A stretch of DNA of 64,000 nt from Gammaproteobacteria bacterium (GCA_965203725.1 CBDBDH010000002.1:10386-74385); one strand, 5' to 3'. Numbered from the stretch's first letter, positions 43,029-53,336 are shown. Program-made: numbers and translations. The notes: generated by a model from the letters alone, not told the origin.

Positions 43029-44441
43029 TTACGGGTCTGACGTCCTGACCTGCATCACGGTCAGGGTGCCGCTCTTCTCATTGGCACTGTAGACGTAATG
43101 CCGGCCATCGTGCTCATAGTGGGCCAGTCCTTCCGGTGCGTACTGGGTGCCTGAACCGGTTTGCGGCCCGACCGGCTCCACGCTGATCACTCTCGGGCGT
43201 TCGGGCTCGACCAGGGAGACCAGGGCAATGGCGTTCGCGCGCTCCAGGGCCACGGCGGCATGCAGTTCGCCCGCGATCTCGAAACCGACCACGCTTTCCG
43301 GCTCGGAGCCCTTGTTGTCGCTGCGCCCGTCCGGATAGAGCCCCGCCGCATGGGCCATCTGGTCCAGCTGGCTGCCGGTGTCTGCGATCAGCGCACCGGT
43401 GACCGCATCAAATACACTGAGTGTCCGCCCCCCGCCGGCAGGTTTGTTGCCCAGCACCTTGGAGGCCTTGGGATCCGTATCCCCTTCGTCCGCCGTCAGC
43501 ACGAACCTGCCGTCGGGACTGACCGCAATCCCGTCCGGCTCCCGCAGTGCCCGCAGTTTCTTGCTGAATTTCACCCGGCCATCGTCCCGGATATCCGCCG
43601 GATGTTCCGTCATTCCCAGGCCAAACACTTTCTCGATGCTCGCCGTGGCCGCATCGATCACCAAGATGCCGTTGTTCTCCTGCAAGGAGACATAGGCCTT
43701 GCGGCTGTCCGGCGAGAAGGCCACGTACTCCGGTTCCGTGTTGGCCGGGGTGTTGTCCCTGACCGGCACTTCGGTTTCCTCATCGCTGTTCCCGCCAATC
43801 ACCTCTCTGGGAAACGCGCGGGCGTGCGACCGGTGCAGCATTCCTTCGATGTCGCTGTAGTCCTCAAGTGAAATCTGGGTAACGACCGGGTCCTGCAGGC
43901 CGTCCCCGAAGCCCACGTGCGTCACGCTGCCCTCGGGAGATTCGTAGTGCCCGCCCGCATAACGGTAGGCTTCACCTTCGTTAGCCGCCACCAGGTACCT
44001 GCCGTCTGGGCTGAATGCCAGACTGTCCGGGTGTACGCCGGCCGCCAGGGTTGTCCGAAGTTGCCCGCTATCCGCATCATGAAGCTGGATCGACCCCGCA
44101 GTGAACGGGTCCGGGTGAATGACGGCCACGGCAAACAGGTTTTCCGTCGGATGAAAGGCGACCGAACTGATCTCCCTGCCGTCGGTGACCTTGATCCGGT
44201 GCAGCAGGCGGGGTTTTGCAGGTGTGGCGATGGAGAGGATATCGACGATACCTTTCGAGCTGCAGGACAATGCCAAACGCTGGGAGGTTTTCTGGATGCT
44301 GATAATTTCCGTTTTCTTGCTCAAATCCTGGACGTTGTAGATGCCAACGGTCTCAAGACTGGCACTTTGTCCGGCCAGGCCTGGCAAGGAATGAAGCAAG
44401 AAGGGTGCAACGATTGTGCAAATCAGTCGTTGAAATCTCAT
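43029..44441 (-). CDS. Exported choice-of-anchor I-like beta-propeller protein (candidate phosphatase)
   Basis: 470 aa from ATG 44441 with AGGAG RBS; motifs HPDSLAFSPDG..ANEGE, EPEYVAFSPD..YVSLQENN, EPDGIA..TADEGD, DGRSDNKGSEPE..VALER, APEGL..SANEKSG. Confidence 0.75.
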   Translation of the reverse strand: MRFQRLICTIVAPFLLHSLPGLAGQSASLETVGIYNVQDLSKKTEIISIQKTSQRLALSCSSKGIVDILSIATPAKPRLLHRIKVTDGREISSVAFHPTENLFAVAVIHPDPFTAGSIQLHDADSGQLRTTLAAGVHPDSLAFSPDGRYLVAANEGEAYRYAGGHYESPEGSVTHVGFGDGLQDPVVTQISLEDYSDIEGMLHRSHARAFPREVIGGNSDEETEVPVRDNTPANTEPEYVAFSPDSRKAYVSLQENNGILVIDAATASIEKVFGLGMTEHPADIRDDGRVKFSKKLRALREPDGIAVSPDGRFVLTADEGDTDPKASKVLGNKPAGGGRTLSVFDAVTGALIADTGSQLDQMAHAAGLYPDGRSDNKGSEPESVVGFEIAGELHAAVALERANAIALVSLVEPERPRVISVEPVGPQTGSGTQYAPEGLAHYEHDGRHYVYSANEKSGTLTVMQVRTSDP

Positions 44442-44454
44442 AAGCTCCTGCCTG

Positions 44455-44490
44455 AAAAACAAAAGGCCGTCTGCAAGAAACGGCCTTTTT
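44455..44490 (-). terminator. Intrinsic terminator after the porin gene (possibly bidirectional)
   Basis: AAAAGGCCGT-9 nt-ACGGCCTTTT; on the minus strand the stem is followed by TTTTGTTTTT. Confidence 0.75.
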
Positions 44491-44518
44491 CAAACATCTA
44501 AACTATGTCAAGTATGGT

Positions 44519-45763
44519 TTAGAAAACGTACTGGGCGCGGAAGGCCACGGCATCCCCGCCTCCCTCATCGCCAGCCTTGTTTGCATGATCCGTATCTGCA
44601 TCCAGATAGTTCAGCATGAACTTGACGTTCTTGGTGGCGTACCAGTTGATACCCAGTGTCATCAACTCGTATTCGGTTTCATTGGCCTCGGCATCGATGT
44701 CAAGTTCGCCATCCTCGTACTTGGCCACCAGCTCCCAGGCGCCCATGGGGCCCTTCGGCTTGACCTTGTCGAACTTGCCGGCCTTGCCCTTGTAGCCGCG
44801 GGACTCACCCGTCATGATGTAGCTGACCTGGATATACGAGCCCTCCACATCCACGTCGCCCATTGCCTTATACTCATCGTCTTCCCCCGTATCAGCATCG
44901 CCACCGTCATAGTCCACCTGGCGGTACTCACCTTGCAGGGAAAGCGGACCCATCACGACGGCCCCTTCCAGCCCAAACTGGTCCGCATCATCGACGGCAA
45001 GCTTATGATCAATGGGCCTGCTACTGATCGTGTGTACACCCATTCGTGTGCGAAAGCGTTTCGCGCCCTCATCCCCGAAGTCACGGGAGGCAAATGACCC
45101 GGCCAGATGCATGAAACTGCCTTCACCGATGGGCATATGTGCACCGACCCTTGCTGCTATGCTGTAGGCATCGCTGCCATCATCATCCTCGTTGTCCTCG
45201 TCGATGACGGCTGCTTGCCAGAATAGCGGCCCCCCATGCCCGTGGAGTGCTGCCTGAAAGGAGGGTTTTCCAGACAGGAATCCAAGCTCAGGCGTGGGAG
45301 AGCGCTCGATGGTGCTGATCCACTTGGAGCTGGTCAGCTCTTCCAGTCCGAAAGGCGCCTTGAAGCGACCTACCATGAGTTTTCCAAGCCCTAGTCCCTT
45401 GTAAGCAATGTACCCGGTGTCCACTTCGGCTTCGCCTTCATCAATGTCAACTGTCATTTTATAGGCCCAGCTCTTGCCGGAGCTGCCTTTCAGGGTGACA
45501 CGCGTGCGGCGAAACTCGGATTCGGATGCTGAATCACCGTCATTTTTGTAATTCCACAAGCCATCATAGCTGTCGTAGTCATACATGATACGCCCGCCGA
45601 TGGCGAAGCTGTTGCCATTGTTCGACTTGATCTTGATGCCGCCGCCCGTGGTACTGATCTTGATTTCTTCCTTGGAGGTGACGGCGCCTGCGAATGCTGT
45701 CGTACTCCAGCAGAATACGGCCACCAGGCTGACCAAACCAAGAAAACGTAGTGTGTATCTCAC
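44519..45763 (-). CDS. Phosphate-selective porin, OprO/OprP family
   Basis: Signal peptide; EFRRTR, GRFKAPFGLEELTSSKWISTIERS, TGESRGYK, GAWELVAKY, LGINWY, C-terminal RAQYVF; GTG start with GGAGG. Confidence 0.9.
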   Translation of the reverse strand: MRYTLRFLGLVSLVAVFCWSTTAFAGAVTSKEEIKISTTGGGIKIKSNNGNSFAIGGRIMYDYDSYDGLWNYKNDGDSASESEFRRTRVTLKGSSGKSWAYKMTVDIDEGEAEVDTGYIAYKGLGLGKLMVGRFKAPFGLEELTSSKWISTIERSPTPELGFLSGKPSFQAALHGHGGPLFWQAAVIDEDNEDDDGSDAYSIAARVGAHMPIGEGSFMHLAGSFASRDFGDEGAKRFRTRMGVHTISSRPIDHKLAVDDADQFGLEGAVVMGPLSLQGEYRQVDYDGGDADTGEDDEYKAMGDVDVEGSYIQVSYIMTGESRGYKGKAGKFDKVKPKGPMGAWELVAKYEDGELDIDAEANETEYELMTLGINWYATKNVKFMLNYLDADTDHANKAGDEGGGDAVAFRAQYVF

Positions 45764-45828
45764 GATATAGCCTCCCTATTTTTCATGAGTGATGCCAATT
45801 GGTCTGTTTTCAATCTGAGAGTCTCGTA

Positions 45829-45884
45829 ATCGTAAGTACCCGGTATGAAATGAATGTGAATATATTGTTATAGTTTTATTACAT
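45829..45884 (-). promoter_or_regulatory. Pho-box array and -10 element for the porin gene
   Basis: Minus strand 11-bp units ATGTAATAAAA|CTATAACAATA|TATTCACATTC|ATTTCATACCG, then TACGAT 10 nt after the last heptamer. Confidence 0.7.
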
Positions 45885-45953
45885 GGGTGTCGTGCCCGGG
45901 GACGCTGGTCCGGCTTGGCCGTATTTTGCAAATCGGGCTAATTTCCAGAGTCG

Positions 45954-45971
45954 GTGTAATAGCCGTGTAAC
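45954..45971 (+). promoter_or_regulatory. Pho box upstream of phoB
   Basis: GTGTAAT-AGCC-GTGTAAC, an 11-bp direct repeat resembling CTGTCAT-N4-CTGTCAY. Confidence 0.7.
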
Positions 45972-46077
45972 AAAATTTAAAAATAATGAGACCTTATTTT
46001 TTAAAATCAGGTCGATTTTTATGCAAAACCAAAGTACGCTCGAAGCCTCGTCCAACTACCGGATCGAGAGCCAGCCC

Positions 46078-46767
46078 ATGAACGGCAAGCGGGTCCTGCT
46101 GGTGGAAGATGAGCCTGCCATCCGCGAGATGGTTACCTTTGCCCTGAGTCAGGGCGGCTATGTGGTTGATGAGGCCGAGGACGGCCGTTCGGCCGAGGCC
46201 AAGATGGCCGAGCACTTGCCTGACCTGATCCTGCTTGACTGGATGCTGCCCAACGTCAGCGGACTGGAGTTGCTGCGCCGCTGGAAACGCGGTGAACCCA
46301 CAAAGGAAATTCCGGTGATCATGCTCACCGCAAAGGTCGAGGAACGCGACCGTGTGGATGGCCTGGACTCCGGAGCAGATGACTACATTCTCAAGCCGTT
46401 TTCCGTAAAGGAATTGTCCGCCCGCATCCGCGCCGTGTTGCGCAGGAGTTCGGGTGCCGACGAGGACCAGATCTGCATCGGCCCCATCAAGCTGGATTCG
46501 AAAGCCCACCGGATCTATGTGCGGGAAGAGTCGATCAATCTGGGTCCGACGGAATTTCGCCTGCTCGAGTTCTTCATGACTCATCCTGACCGGGTCTATT
46601 CCCGTGCCCAGTTGCTGGACTATGTATGGGGCCGTAACATGTACGTGGAGGAGCGAACCGTGGATGTGCATATTGTGCGCTTGAGAAAACTGCTTAAGCC
46701 CATGGACTGCGCTCACATGATCCAGACCGTGCGCGGCTACGGATACCGGCTCTCAGCCGATAAATAA
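46078..46767 (+). CDS. phoB: Phosphate regulon response regulator PhoB
   Basis: 229 aa; LILLDWMLP, LGPTEFRLL..HPDRVYSRAQLLD, EERTVDVHI, QTVRG.GYR. Confidence 0.97.
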   Translation: MNGKRVLLVEDEPAIREMVTFALSQGGYVVDEAEDGRSAEAKMAEHLPDLILLDWMLPNVSGLELLRRWKRGEPTKEIPVIMLTAKVEERDRVDGLDSGADDYILKPFSVKELSARIRAVLRRSSGADEDQICIGPIKLDSKAHRIYVREESINLGPTEFRLLEFFMTHPDRVYSRAQLLDYVWGRNMYVEERTVDVHIVRLRKLLKPMDCAHMIQTVRGYGYRLSADK

Positions 46768-48077
46768 TGTCCTTTGGTGCATGGCTGTCGGAACTTAACC
46801 GCGTCCTGATTGTATTTATACCGTGCACGATCGCGGGCTTGGCCAGTGGCTACACGCTGATGTTTTTCATCATTGGCCTCATTGCATATGGCTTGTGGAC
46901 AGCAGGCCAGATGATCACCCTGAAAAAATGGTTTGATAGCGGTGCCCCTGTCGGCAATGCACCGGAATTCATGGGCATTGCCGACCAGTTGGTGTCCGGA
47001 GTCGCGGACCTGCAAAGGCAAAACAGCGCCCGGCAAAATTCACTGGAAAAGCTGGTCAGCCAGTTTAATGAGTTGACAGAAGCCCTTCCGGATGCCGTGA
47101 TCGTGCTGAAGCCCTCCGGTGAAATCCAGTCCTCCAACCAGGCCGCCGACAGGCTTTTGCATATCAATCCAGACAGCGATACCCACTCAAGGATCACCCA
47201 GCTGTTTCGGGATCCCTCGTTTACCGAATACTTCGCTGCAGGCAAGTTTGATGAACCACTGGAGGTACAGTCAACGACCATCGGCGACAGGGAATTAAGC
47301 ATTCGCATCATTCCATTCAGCGAAGACAGGCTGGTGCTGATTGCACAGGACATGTCACAAACTGCACGAATCCATGAAATGCGACGCAGCTTTATCTCCA
47401 ATGCGTCACATGAATTGCGTACTCCTTTGACCGTCATACTGGGTTACCTGGAAACGTTGTCGGGACATCCAAGGCTTCCCGGGGAATGCAAGGCCGCAAC
47501 TCATTCTGCCGAGCTTCAGGCCCAGCGCATGAAGCAACTGGTGGAGGATCTGTTGACGCTGTCTCGCATCGAGTCCACGGCCTTGGTGGCCAAGGAATCC
47601 GAAATCATACCGGTGGGCTCCATCATCATGGAGGTGGTCAAGGAGATGGCGCTGTCCACGAGCATCACTCAGCACGACATCCGCACACGAATTGAGACGG
47701 ACGCGAACTTGAAAGGCGACCTGCAGGAAATTCACAGCGTCGTCTCCAACCTGGTCAACAATGCCGTCAAGCATACCGAGCCGGGCACCTCCGTACAGGT
47801 CAGCTGGAAGCTGGCGGATGAGGACTCGGCCGAGCTGGCCGTGACCGACACGGGCCAGGGGATTGCCCCGGAACACATTGAGCGGCTGACGGAAAGGTTC
47901 TACCGGGTGGATGCCGGTCGCTCACGCGAGAAAGGCGGGACGGGTCTCGGCCTGTCGATTGTCAAGCATGTGGTTGAGCGGCATGAAGGACGCCTGATGA
48001 TCCGCAGCGAACTGGGCCAGGGTTCGCGCTTCACATGCCGTTTTCCGGCGCACCGCCTGCTTCTGGAAGATCAATAA
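46767..48077 (+). CDS. phoR: Phosphate regulon sensor kinase PhoR
   Basis: N-terminal TM, PAS, SHELRTPLTVILGYLE, RLTERFYRVD..SREKGGTGLGLSIVKH; TAATG coupling with phoB. Confidence 0.96.
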   Translation: MSFGAWLSELNRVLIVFIPCTIAGLASGYTLMFFIIGLIAYGLWTAGQMITLKKWFDSGAPVGNAPEFMGIADQLVSGVADLQRQNSARQNSLEKLVSQFNELTEALPDAVIVLKPSGEIQSSNQAADRLLHINPDSDTHSRITQLFRDPSFTEYFAAGKFDEPLEVQSTTIGDRELSIRIIPFSEDRLVLIAQDMSQTARIHEMRRSFISNASHELRTPLTVILGYLETLSGHPRLPGECKAATHSAELQAQRMKQLVEDLLTLSRIESTALVAKESEIIPVGSIIMEVVKEMALSTSITQHDIRTRIETDANLKGDLQEIHSVVSNLVNNAVKHTEPGTSVQVSWKLADEDSAELAVTDTGQGIAPEHIERLTERFYRVDAGRSREKGGTGLGLSIVKHVVERHEGRLMIRSELGQGSRFTCRFPAHRLLLEDQ

Positions 48078-48105
48078 AACCTGATGCCCGGCAAGGGGCC
48101 AGCAG

Positions 48106-48145
48106 GATTCACAAAACTGTAATAATTTGCCCATATGCTTGTAAC
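48106..48145 (+). promoter_or_regulatory. Pho-box array upstream of pstS
   Basis: GATTCAC-AAAA-CTGTAAT-AATT-TGCCCAT-ATGC-TTGTAAC, four heptamers at 11-bp period. Confidence 0.7.
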
Positions 48146-48206
48146 ACGGGCATTCCAACATTGTGCAGGTATAACCATCACGATTCCATAACCGAAGGAG
48201 TTATAA

Positions 48207-49187
48207 ATGTACACATTCACTGGTAAGTGTAATGCACTGCTGATAGCTTTTTTGCTTGTGCTGACCATGTCTGTATCAGCTGAAGTCAAGGTTGATTCCA
48301 AGCTTGGTGAGTATGCTGCCACCAGCGGTGTCTCTGGAAATTTGTCGAGTGTTGGATCGGATACCCTGGCGAACCTGATGACCCTCTGGGCCGAAGAGTA
48401 CAAGCGTTTTTATCCCAACGTGAACATCCAGATCCAGGCAGCTGGTTCCTCGACTGCTCCACCGGCCCTGACTGAAGGAACGTCGAGCCTTGGCCCGATG
48501 AGCCGCAAGATGAAGCACAAGGAGATTGCGGCATTCGAGAAAAAATTTGGCTACAAGCCGACCCCGGTGCCGGTTGCCATCGATGCCCTGGCGGTCTACG
48601 TTCACAAGGACAATCCGATCAAGGGCATGTCCATAGCGGATGTGGATGCAATCTTTTCCAGCACCCGCAAGTGTGGCGGCAGTGCCGATCTGTCCATCTG
48701 GGGTGAACTCGGCCTGCAAGGTGACTGGACCAAGCGGGACATTCAGCTGTTTGGCCGCAATTCCGTTTCAGGCACCTACGGCTACTTCAAAAAGAAAGCC
48801 CTTTGCAAGGGTGACTTCAAATCCACGGTCAACGAGCAGCCGGGTTCCGCTTCCGTCGTGCAGTCCGTGTCGTCATCGCTGAATGGTATCGGCTATTCCG
48901 GCATTGGATACAAGACCTCCGGGGTTCGTGCCGTACCGCTTTCCAAGACTGCGGAGCCGGATAAAATCGAGGCCACGCCTGACAATGCGATTTCCGGAAA
49001 GTACCCGCTGGCGAGATTCCTCTACGTGTACGTCAACAAGGCGCCTGGAAAACCTTTGTCACCCCTTGAAGGCGAGTTCATCAAGATGGTGCTGGCAACC
49101 CAGGGCCAGAAAGTGGTTGTCAAGGACGGGTATATCCCGCTGCCATCCAAGGTCGCAAGCAAGGCTCTGGCCTCGCTCGGGCTCTAA
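48207..49187 (+). CDS. pstS: Phosphate ABC transporter substrate-binding protein
   Basis: [46 protein letters not shown]. Confidence 0.96.
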   Translation: MYTFTGKCNALLIAFLLVLTMSVSAEVKVDSKLGEYAATSGVSGNLSSVGSDTLANLMTLWAEEYKRFYPNVNIQIQAAGSSTAPPALTEGTSSLGPMSRKMKHKEIAAFEKKFGYKPTPVPVAIDALAVYVHKDNPIKGMSIADVDAIFSSTRKCGGSADLSIWGELGLQGDWTKRDIQLFGRNSVSGTYGYFKKKALCKGDFKSTVNEQPGSASVVQSVSSSLNGIGYSGIGYKTSGVRAVPLSKTAEPDKIEATPDNAISGKYPLARFLYVYVNKAPGKPLSPLEGEFIKMVLATQGQKVVVKDGYIPLPSKVASKALASLGL

Positions 49188-49274
49188 ACCTTGGCCTTGC
49201 GCTCGGATAACAATAATAAGCTTGGAGTGACCTCCAGGTGCAGGGCTGTGACTACAGCACTGCAAACGGTTACG

Positions 49275-49302
49275 AAGGCCCTGTGAAAGCAGGGCCTTTT
49301 TT
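49275..49302 (+). terminator. Terminator/stabilising hairpin after pstS
   Basis: AAGGCCCTG-TGAAAG-CAGGGCC-TTTTTT. Confidence 0.8.
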
Positions 49303-49349
49303 AATTTTTGCGGATCGGCACCCGTAGCAAGAAAAGAAGATCCAGTTAC

Positions 49350-51629
49350 ATGTCGCAGCAAACAGGTTCTACGAAGTCGCTGATCCCCGAGCCGCTCGAA
49401 TTCAACACGCAGTTATGGAAGCGGCGCTCGATGCGGGATTTTCTTGCCCGTAATTTTGTGGGGGCAGGCGGCATTGCCGTGATCGGGTCAATCATCCTGA
49501 TCTTCGTGTTTTTGTTCACGGTGGTGTTTCCCCTGTTCAAGGGCGCTGCACTATACCCGGTCTCCAGCTATTCCCTGCCTGCTGCTGCTGTCGGCGACTC
49601 CCTGCTGTATTCGACAGAAGAGCAGGCGGAGGTATCCATGCGTCTCGATACAAGTGGCGTTGTGCACTTCTTCTACACGGACACCGGCACGCCTGTCCAA
49701 AAGTTTGATCTTCTGGCTGGCCTCAACGCCAAGATCAGCAGCTGGAAGCATGTGGACAGCGAGAGGAACATTCTTGCGCTGGGCCTGGACACCGGACAGA
49801 TACTCGTTTTCCGTCACAGCTACACCCTTGAGTATGCCGACAATCGCAGGACCATCATTCCCCGGATCAGTTATCCGTACGGGGAAGAACCCATTGCTCT
49901 TGGCGTCGGTCGCCAGGCCGTGGATCACTTTGCCATCGGGGACAATGAGGACGGGCTGACCATTTTTGCCTATACGCGAGAAGGCCCGAGACTCGTGGAC
50001 TATGAAAAGGTGTCTTCATTCCTGAATGAAGACGAGATTGTCCTGGAACTGGCCAGCCAGGTGAACTTGCCGTATGTCGATCGGCCCATGAACGCCCTGC
50101 TGTCTCCCGAAAGACAGTGGCTGTACCTGCTCAACGATGAAGGCGTGATTTCTTTGTACGACATCCGTTTCGCGGATACGCCCGTGCATATCGAGGATGT
50201 CCAGCCCCTGGATGTGGGAAGCCGGCCCACTGCGTTTGAATTCCTGATCGGCGGCATCTCGGTATTACTTGGGGATGACCGGGGAAATATCCATCAGCTG
50301 TTTCTGGTTCGTGACGAGGATGACAACCAGCGTCTGACCGAGATCAGGCGGTTCAACGGCAATACAGCAAAGATCTCTGGCCTCGTCGCCGAGCAGCTGC
50401 GAAAAGGGTTCCTGGTCACCGATGACGCCGGCCAGGTTTCGGTTTTTCATACCACGGCCAACCGCCACCTGCTTACCGAAAAAATTTCGGACCATGCGCT
50501 TTTGTCCCTGAGTATCGCTCCAAGAAGCGACAAGATTGTTGCCGAGGACAGCACCGGCCGGTTGCACGTATGGAGACTCGATAACGAGCACCCGGAAGCC
50601 TCGTTCAGTTCGATCTGGGGCAAGGTCTGGTATGAAAGCTATCCGGAACCGGACTACGTATGGCAATCCTCCTCCGCATCCAGTGACTTCGAGCCGAAAT
50701 TCAGCCTTACGCCACTGACCTTTGGAACATTCAAGGCGGCGTTTTACGCGATGTTACTGGCGATGCCGCTGGCAATTTTCGGCGCCATCTTCACGGCGTA
50801 TTTCATGGCGCCGAAAATGCGGGGCATCGTCAAACCCACCATCGAGATCATGGAGGCGCTGCCGACCGTGATCCTGGGATTTCTGGCAGGTCTCTGGCTG
50901 GCGCCTTTCGTTGAATCACACCTGCCGGGGATATTTGTCTGTCTGCTGGTGATCCCGGTTGGGATGTTTGTGGCCAGTCTGGCCTGGTGGAGCATTCCGG
51001 ATCGTATCAAGCTGCTGGTCCCGGAGGGTTGGCAGGCAGCCCTGTTGATCCCGGTCGTCATACTGTGCGCCTGGATGGCCCTTGCGTTCAGCCCCTGGAT
51101 GGAGAACGTGTTTTTTGGCGGCAACATGCGGATCTGGATTACGGATAGCCTGGGGATCGGTTATGACCAGAGGAACTCGATCATCATCGGCATCGCGATG
51201 GGATTTGCGGTCATCCCCACGATATTCTCCATTGCTGAAGATGCCGTGTTCAGTGTGCCCAAGCACCTGACTTCGGGCTCCCTGGCGCTGGGGGCAACCC
51301 CTTGGCAATCCCTGGTACACGTCGTGCTGCCTTCCGCCAGCCCCGGTATCTTTTCCGCAACCATGATCGGACTTGGACGTGCGGTCGGGGAAACCATGAT
51401 TGTCCTGATGGCGACCGGCAATACCCCGGTGATGGATTTCAGCATCTTTGAAGGGATGCGGACACTCTCCGCAAATGTCGCGGTGGAATTGCCGGAGTCC
51501 GAGGTAAACAGTACGCATTTCAGGATTCTGTTCCTGGCCGCACTGGTGCTGTTTGTCTTCACCTTCTTCTTCAACACGATCGCGGAAATCGTGCGCCAGC
51601 GGCTGCGGGAAAAATACAGCACCCTTTGA
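49350..51629 (+). CDS. pstC: Phosphate ABC transporter permease PstC, long form with large extracytoplasmic domain
   Basis: 759 aa; C-terminal permease KPTIEIMEALPTVILG, SLALGATPWQ, RAVGETM; long beta-rich insertion after TM1. Confidence 0.92.
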   Translation: MSQQTGSTKSLIPEPLEFNTQLWKRRSMRDFLARNFVGAGGIAVIGSIILIFVFLFTVVFPLFKGAALYPVSSYSLPAAAVGDSLLYSTEEQAEVSMRLDTSGVVHFFYTDTGTPVQKFDLLAGLNAKISSWKHVDSERNILALGLDTGQILVFRHSYTLEYADNRRTIIPRISYPYGEEPIALGVGRQAVDHFAIGDNEDGLTIFAYTREGPRLVDYEKVSSFLNEDEIVLELASQVNLPYVDRPMNALLSPERQWLYLLNDEGVISLYDIRFADTPVHIEDVQPLDVGSRPTAFEFLIGGISVLLGDDRGNIHQLFLVRDEDDNQRLTEIRRFNGNTAKISGLVAEQLRKGFLVTDDAGQVSVFHTTANRHLLTEKISDHALLSLSIAPRSDKIVAEDSTGRLHVWRLDNEHPEASFSSIWGKVWYESYPEPDYVWQSSSASSDFEPKFSLTPLTFGTFKAAFYAMLLAMPLAIFGAIFTAYFMAPKMRGIVKPTIEIMEALPTVILGFLAGLWLAPFVESHLPGIFVCLLVIPVGMFVASLAWWSIPDRIKLLVPEGWQAALLIPVVILCAWMALAFSPWMENVFFGGNMRIWITDSLGIGYDQRNSIIIGIAMGFAVIPTIFSIAEDAVFSVPKHLTSGSLALGATPWQSLVHVVLPSASPGIFSATMIGLGRAVGETMIVLMATGNTPVMDFSIFEGMRTLSANVAVELPESEVNSTHFRILFLAALVLFVFTFFFNTIAEIVRQRLREKYSTL

Positions 51630-51653
51630 ACAAACCCCCGATGTACGTACCCC

Positions 51654-53336
51654 ATGTCTGACCAAACGAACCGGAGCTCTTTCAAGTCATTCATGTCGTC
51701 CGGGCAGCCTTGGGTGTGGATGAATGCCGGGGCCGTGGCCATCAGCATGATCATGGTGGCGGGCCTGCTCTTTCTGATTGCCATCCGGGGTCTGGGCCAT
51801 TTCTGGCCCAAGACAGTGTACGAGATCGAATACGACAACGGCACCAACATCGTGCGGATTGTCGGAGAACGGGTGGAAACCGAGGAAGTTCCCAAGAAGC
51901 GTATCGTGGAATCCGGCATCCGGGTCGATAGCGACAAGGACCTGATTGAGCGCAGCCTCATCAAGGTCGGCATACGCGAAGTGCTCGGCGTGGACTTCAT
52001 GCTGACCGTGGCGCCCAATGAAAGGAGTGTCCGGACCCCCGAGGATGTGATCGTGCTGGAGCGTACACAGTGGGGGAACTTCTACGGCTACCTGACGGAT
52101 GTGAAAGAGGACGGTGAAACCGCAGATGTTGCCGATACGGAACTGTGGGATGAGCTTGAACGTCGACTGCACCGTGTCACGGAATTGCGCGAGCGGATCG
52201 AGGACATTGAGAAAAACAAGATCGGTTCGATCAACTTCCAGCTGGAAAAACTGCGCCTCAAACGACGGGGCCTGGAACTGAAAGGTGTCACCGAGCAAAG
52301 ATCCCATGACCTGATCAGCGCCAGACAGGATGAGTACACGCGTGATTACGAGGTGCTGAAAGCGGAACTCGATGAGCTTTATCGGGACATTGCACGGGAC
52401 AGCATCACGGCACGTGTGATGACCGGGGATGAGGTCGAAATCAAGCTGGCCAATGTGGTCAAGGCCTACCAGCCCAACGCCATGAGCCTGGTCGCGAAGG
52501 TCGTTTTTTACATCAAGACCTTCTGGGGTTTCATATCGGACGATCCGCGCGAAGCCAATACGGAGGGCGGCATTTTCCCGGCCATTTTCGGCACCGTGAT
52601 CATGGTGCTTCTGATGTCCATCATCGTGACCCCGTTTGGTGTGGTTGCGGCCATTTATCTGCGCGAATACGCCCATCAGGGACTGATCACGCGACTGGTC
52701 AGGATTTCCGTAAACAATCTGGCGGGCGTGCCCTCCATTGTGTACGGAGTGTTCGGCCTCGGCTTTTTCGTCTATGTCGTGGGCGGCACCATCGATCAGC
52801 TGTTTTATCAGGAAGCCTTGCCGTCCCCGACGTTCGGGTCCGGCGGTGTGCTCTGGGCTTCACTGACGCTGGCGCTGCTGACGGTGCCGGTTGTGATTGT
52901 GGCTACAGAAGAAGGGCTGGCCCGCATACCGCGGTCGGTGCGCGAAGGTTCGCTGGCCCTGGGCGCGACCAAGGCAGAGACCCTGTGGCGCACGGTGCTT
53001 CCCATGGCAAGTCCCGCAATGATGACGGGGCTGATCTTGGCGGTGGCTCGCGCAGCCGGTGAAGTGGCGCCACTGATGCTGGTGGGCGCAGTGAAGCTGG
53101 CACCTTCCCTGCCCGTGGACATGAATGCGCCCTTTGTGCACCTGGAGCGCAAATTCATGCATCTGGGGTTTCATATTTATGACGTCGGGTTTCAAAGCCC
53201 CAATGTCGAGGCAGCACGTCCCCTCGTCTACGCGACCGCGCTGATCCTGGTCGTGGTGATCGTTGTCTTGAACCTTTCGGCAATATACATCCGCAATCAT
53301 TTGCGTGAGAAATACAGAAGCCTGGAGCAGCACTAG
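51654..53336 (+). CDS. pstA: Phosphate ABC transporter permease PstA, long form
   Basis: GGIFPAIFGT, NLAGVPSIVYG, EGSLALGATK, ARAAGEVAPL; N-terminal coiled-coil insertion. Confidence 0.93.
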   Translation: MSDQTNRSSFKSFMSSGQPWVWMNAGAVAISMIMVAGLLFLIAIRGLGHFWPKTVYEIEYDNGTNIVRIVGERVETEEVPKKRIVESGIRVDSDKDLIERSLIKVGIREVLGVDFMLTVAPNERSVRTPEDVIVLERTQWGNFYGYLTDVKEDGETADVADTELWDELERRLHRVTELRERIEDIEKNKIGSINFQLEKLRLKRRGLELKGVTEQRSHDLISARQDEYTRDYEVLKAELDELYRDIARDSITARVMTGDEVEIKLANVVKAYQPNAMSLVAKVVFYIKTFWGFISDDPREANTEGGIFPAIFGTVIMVLLMSIIVTPFGVVAAIYLREYAHQGLITRLVRISVNNLAGVPSIVYGVFGLGFFVYVVGGTIDQLFYQEALPSPTFGSGGVLWASLTLALLTVPVVIVATEEGLARIPRSVREGSLALGATKAETLWRTVLPMASPAMMTGLILAVARAAGEVAPLMLVGAVKLAPSLPVDMNAPFVHLERKFMHLGFHIYDVGFQSPNVEAARPLVYATALILVVVIVVLNLSAIYIRNHLREKYRSLEQH

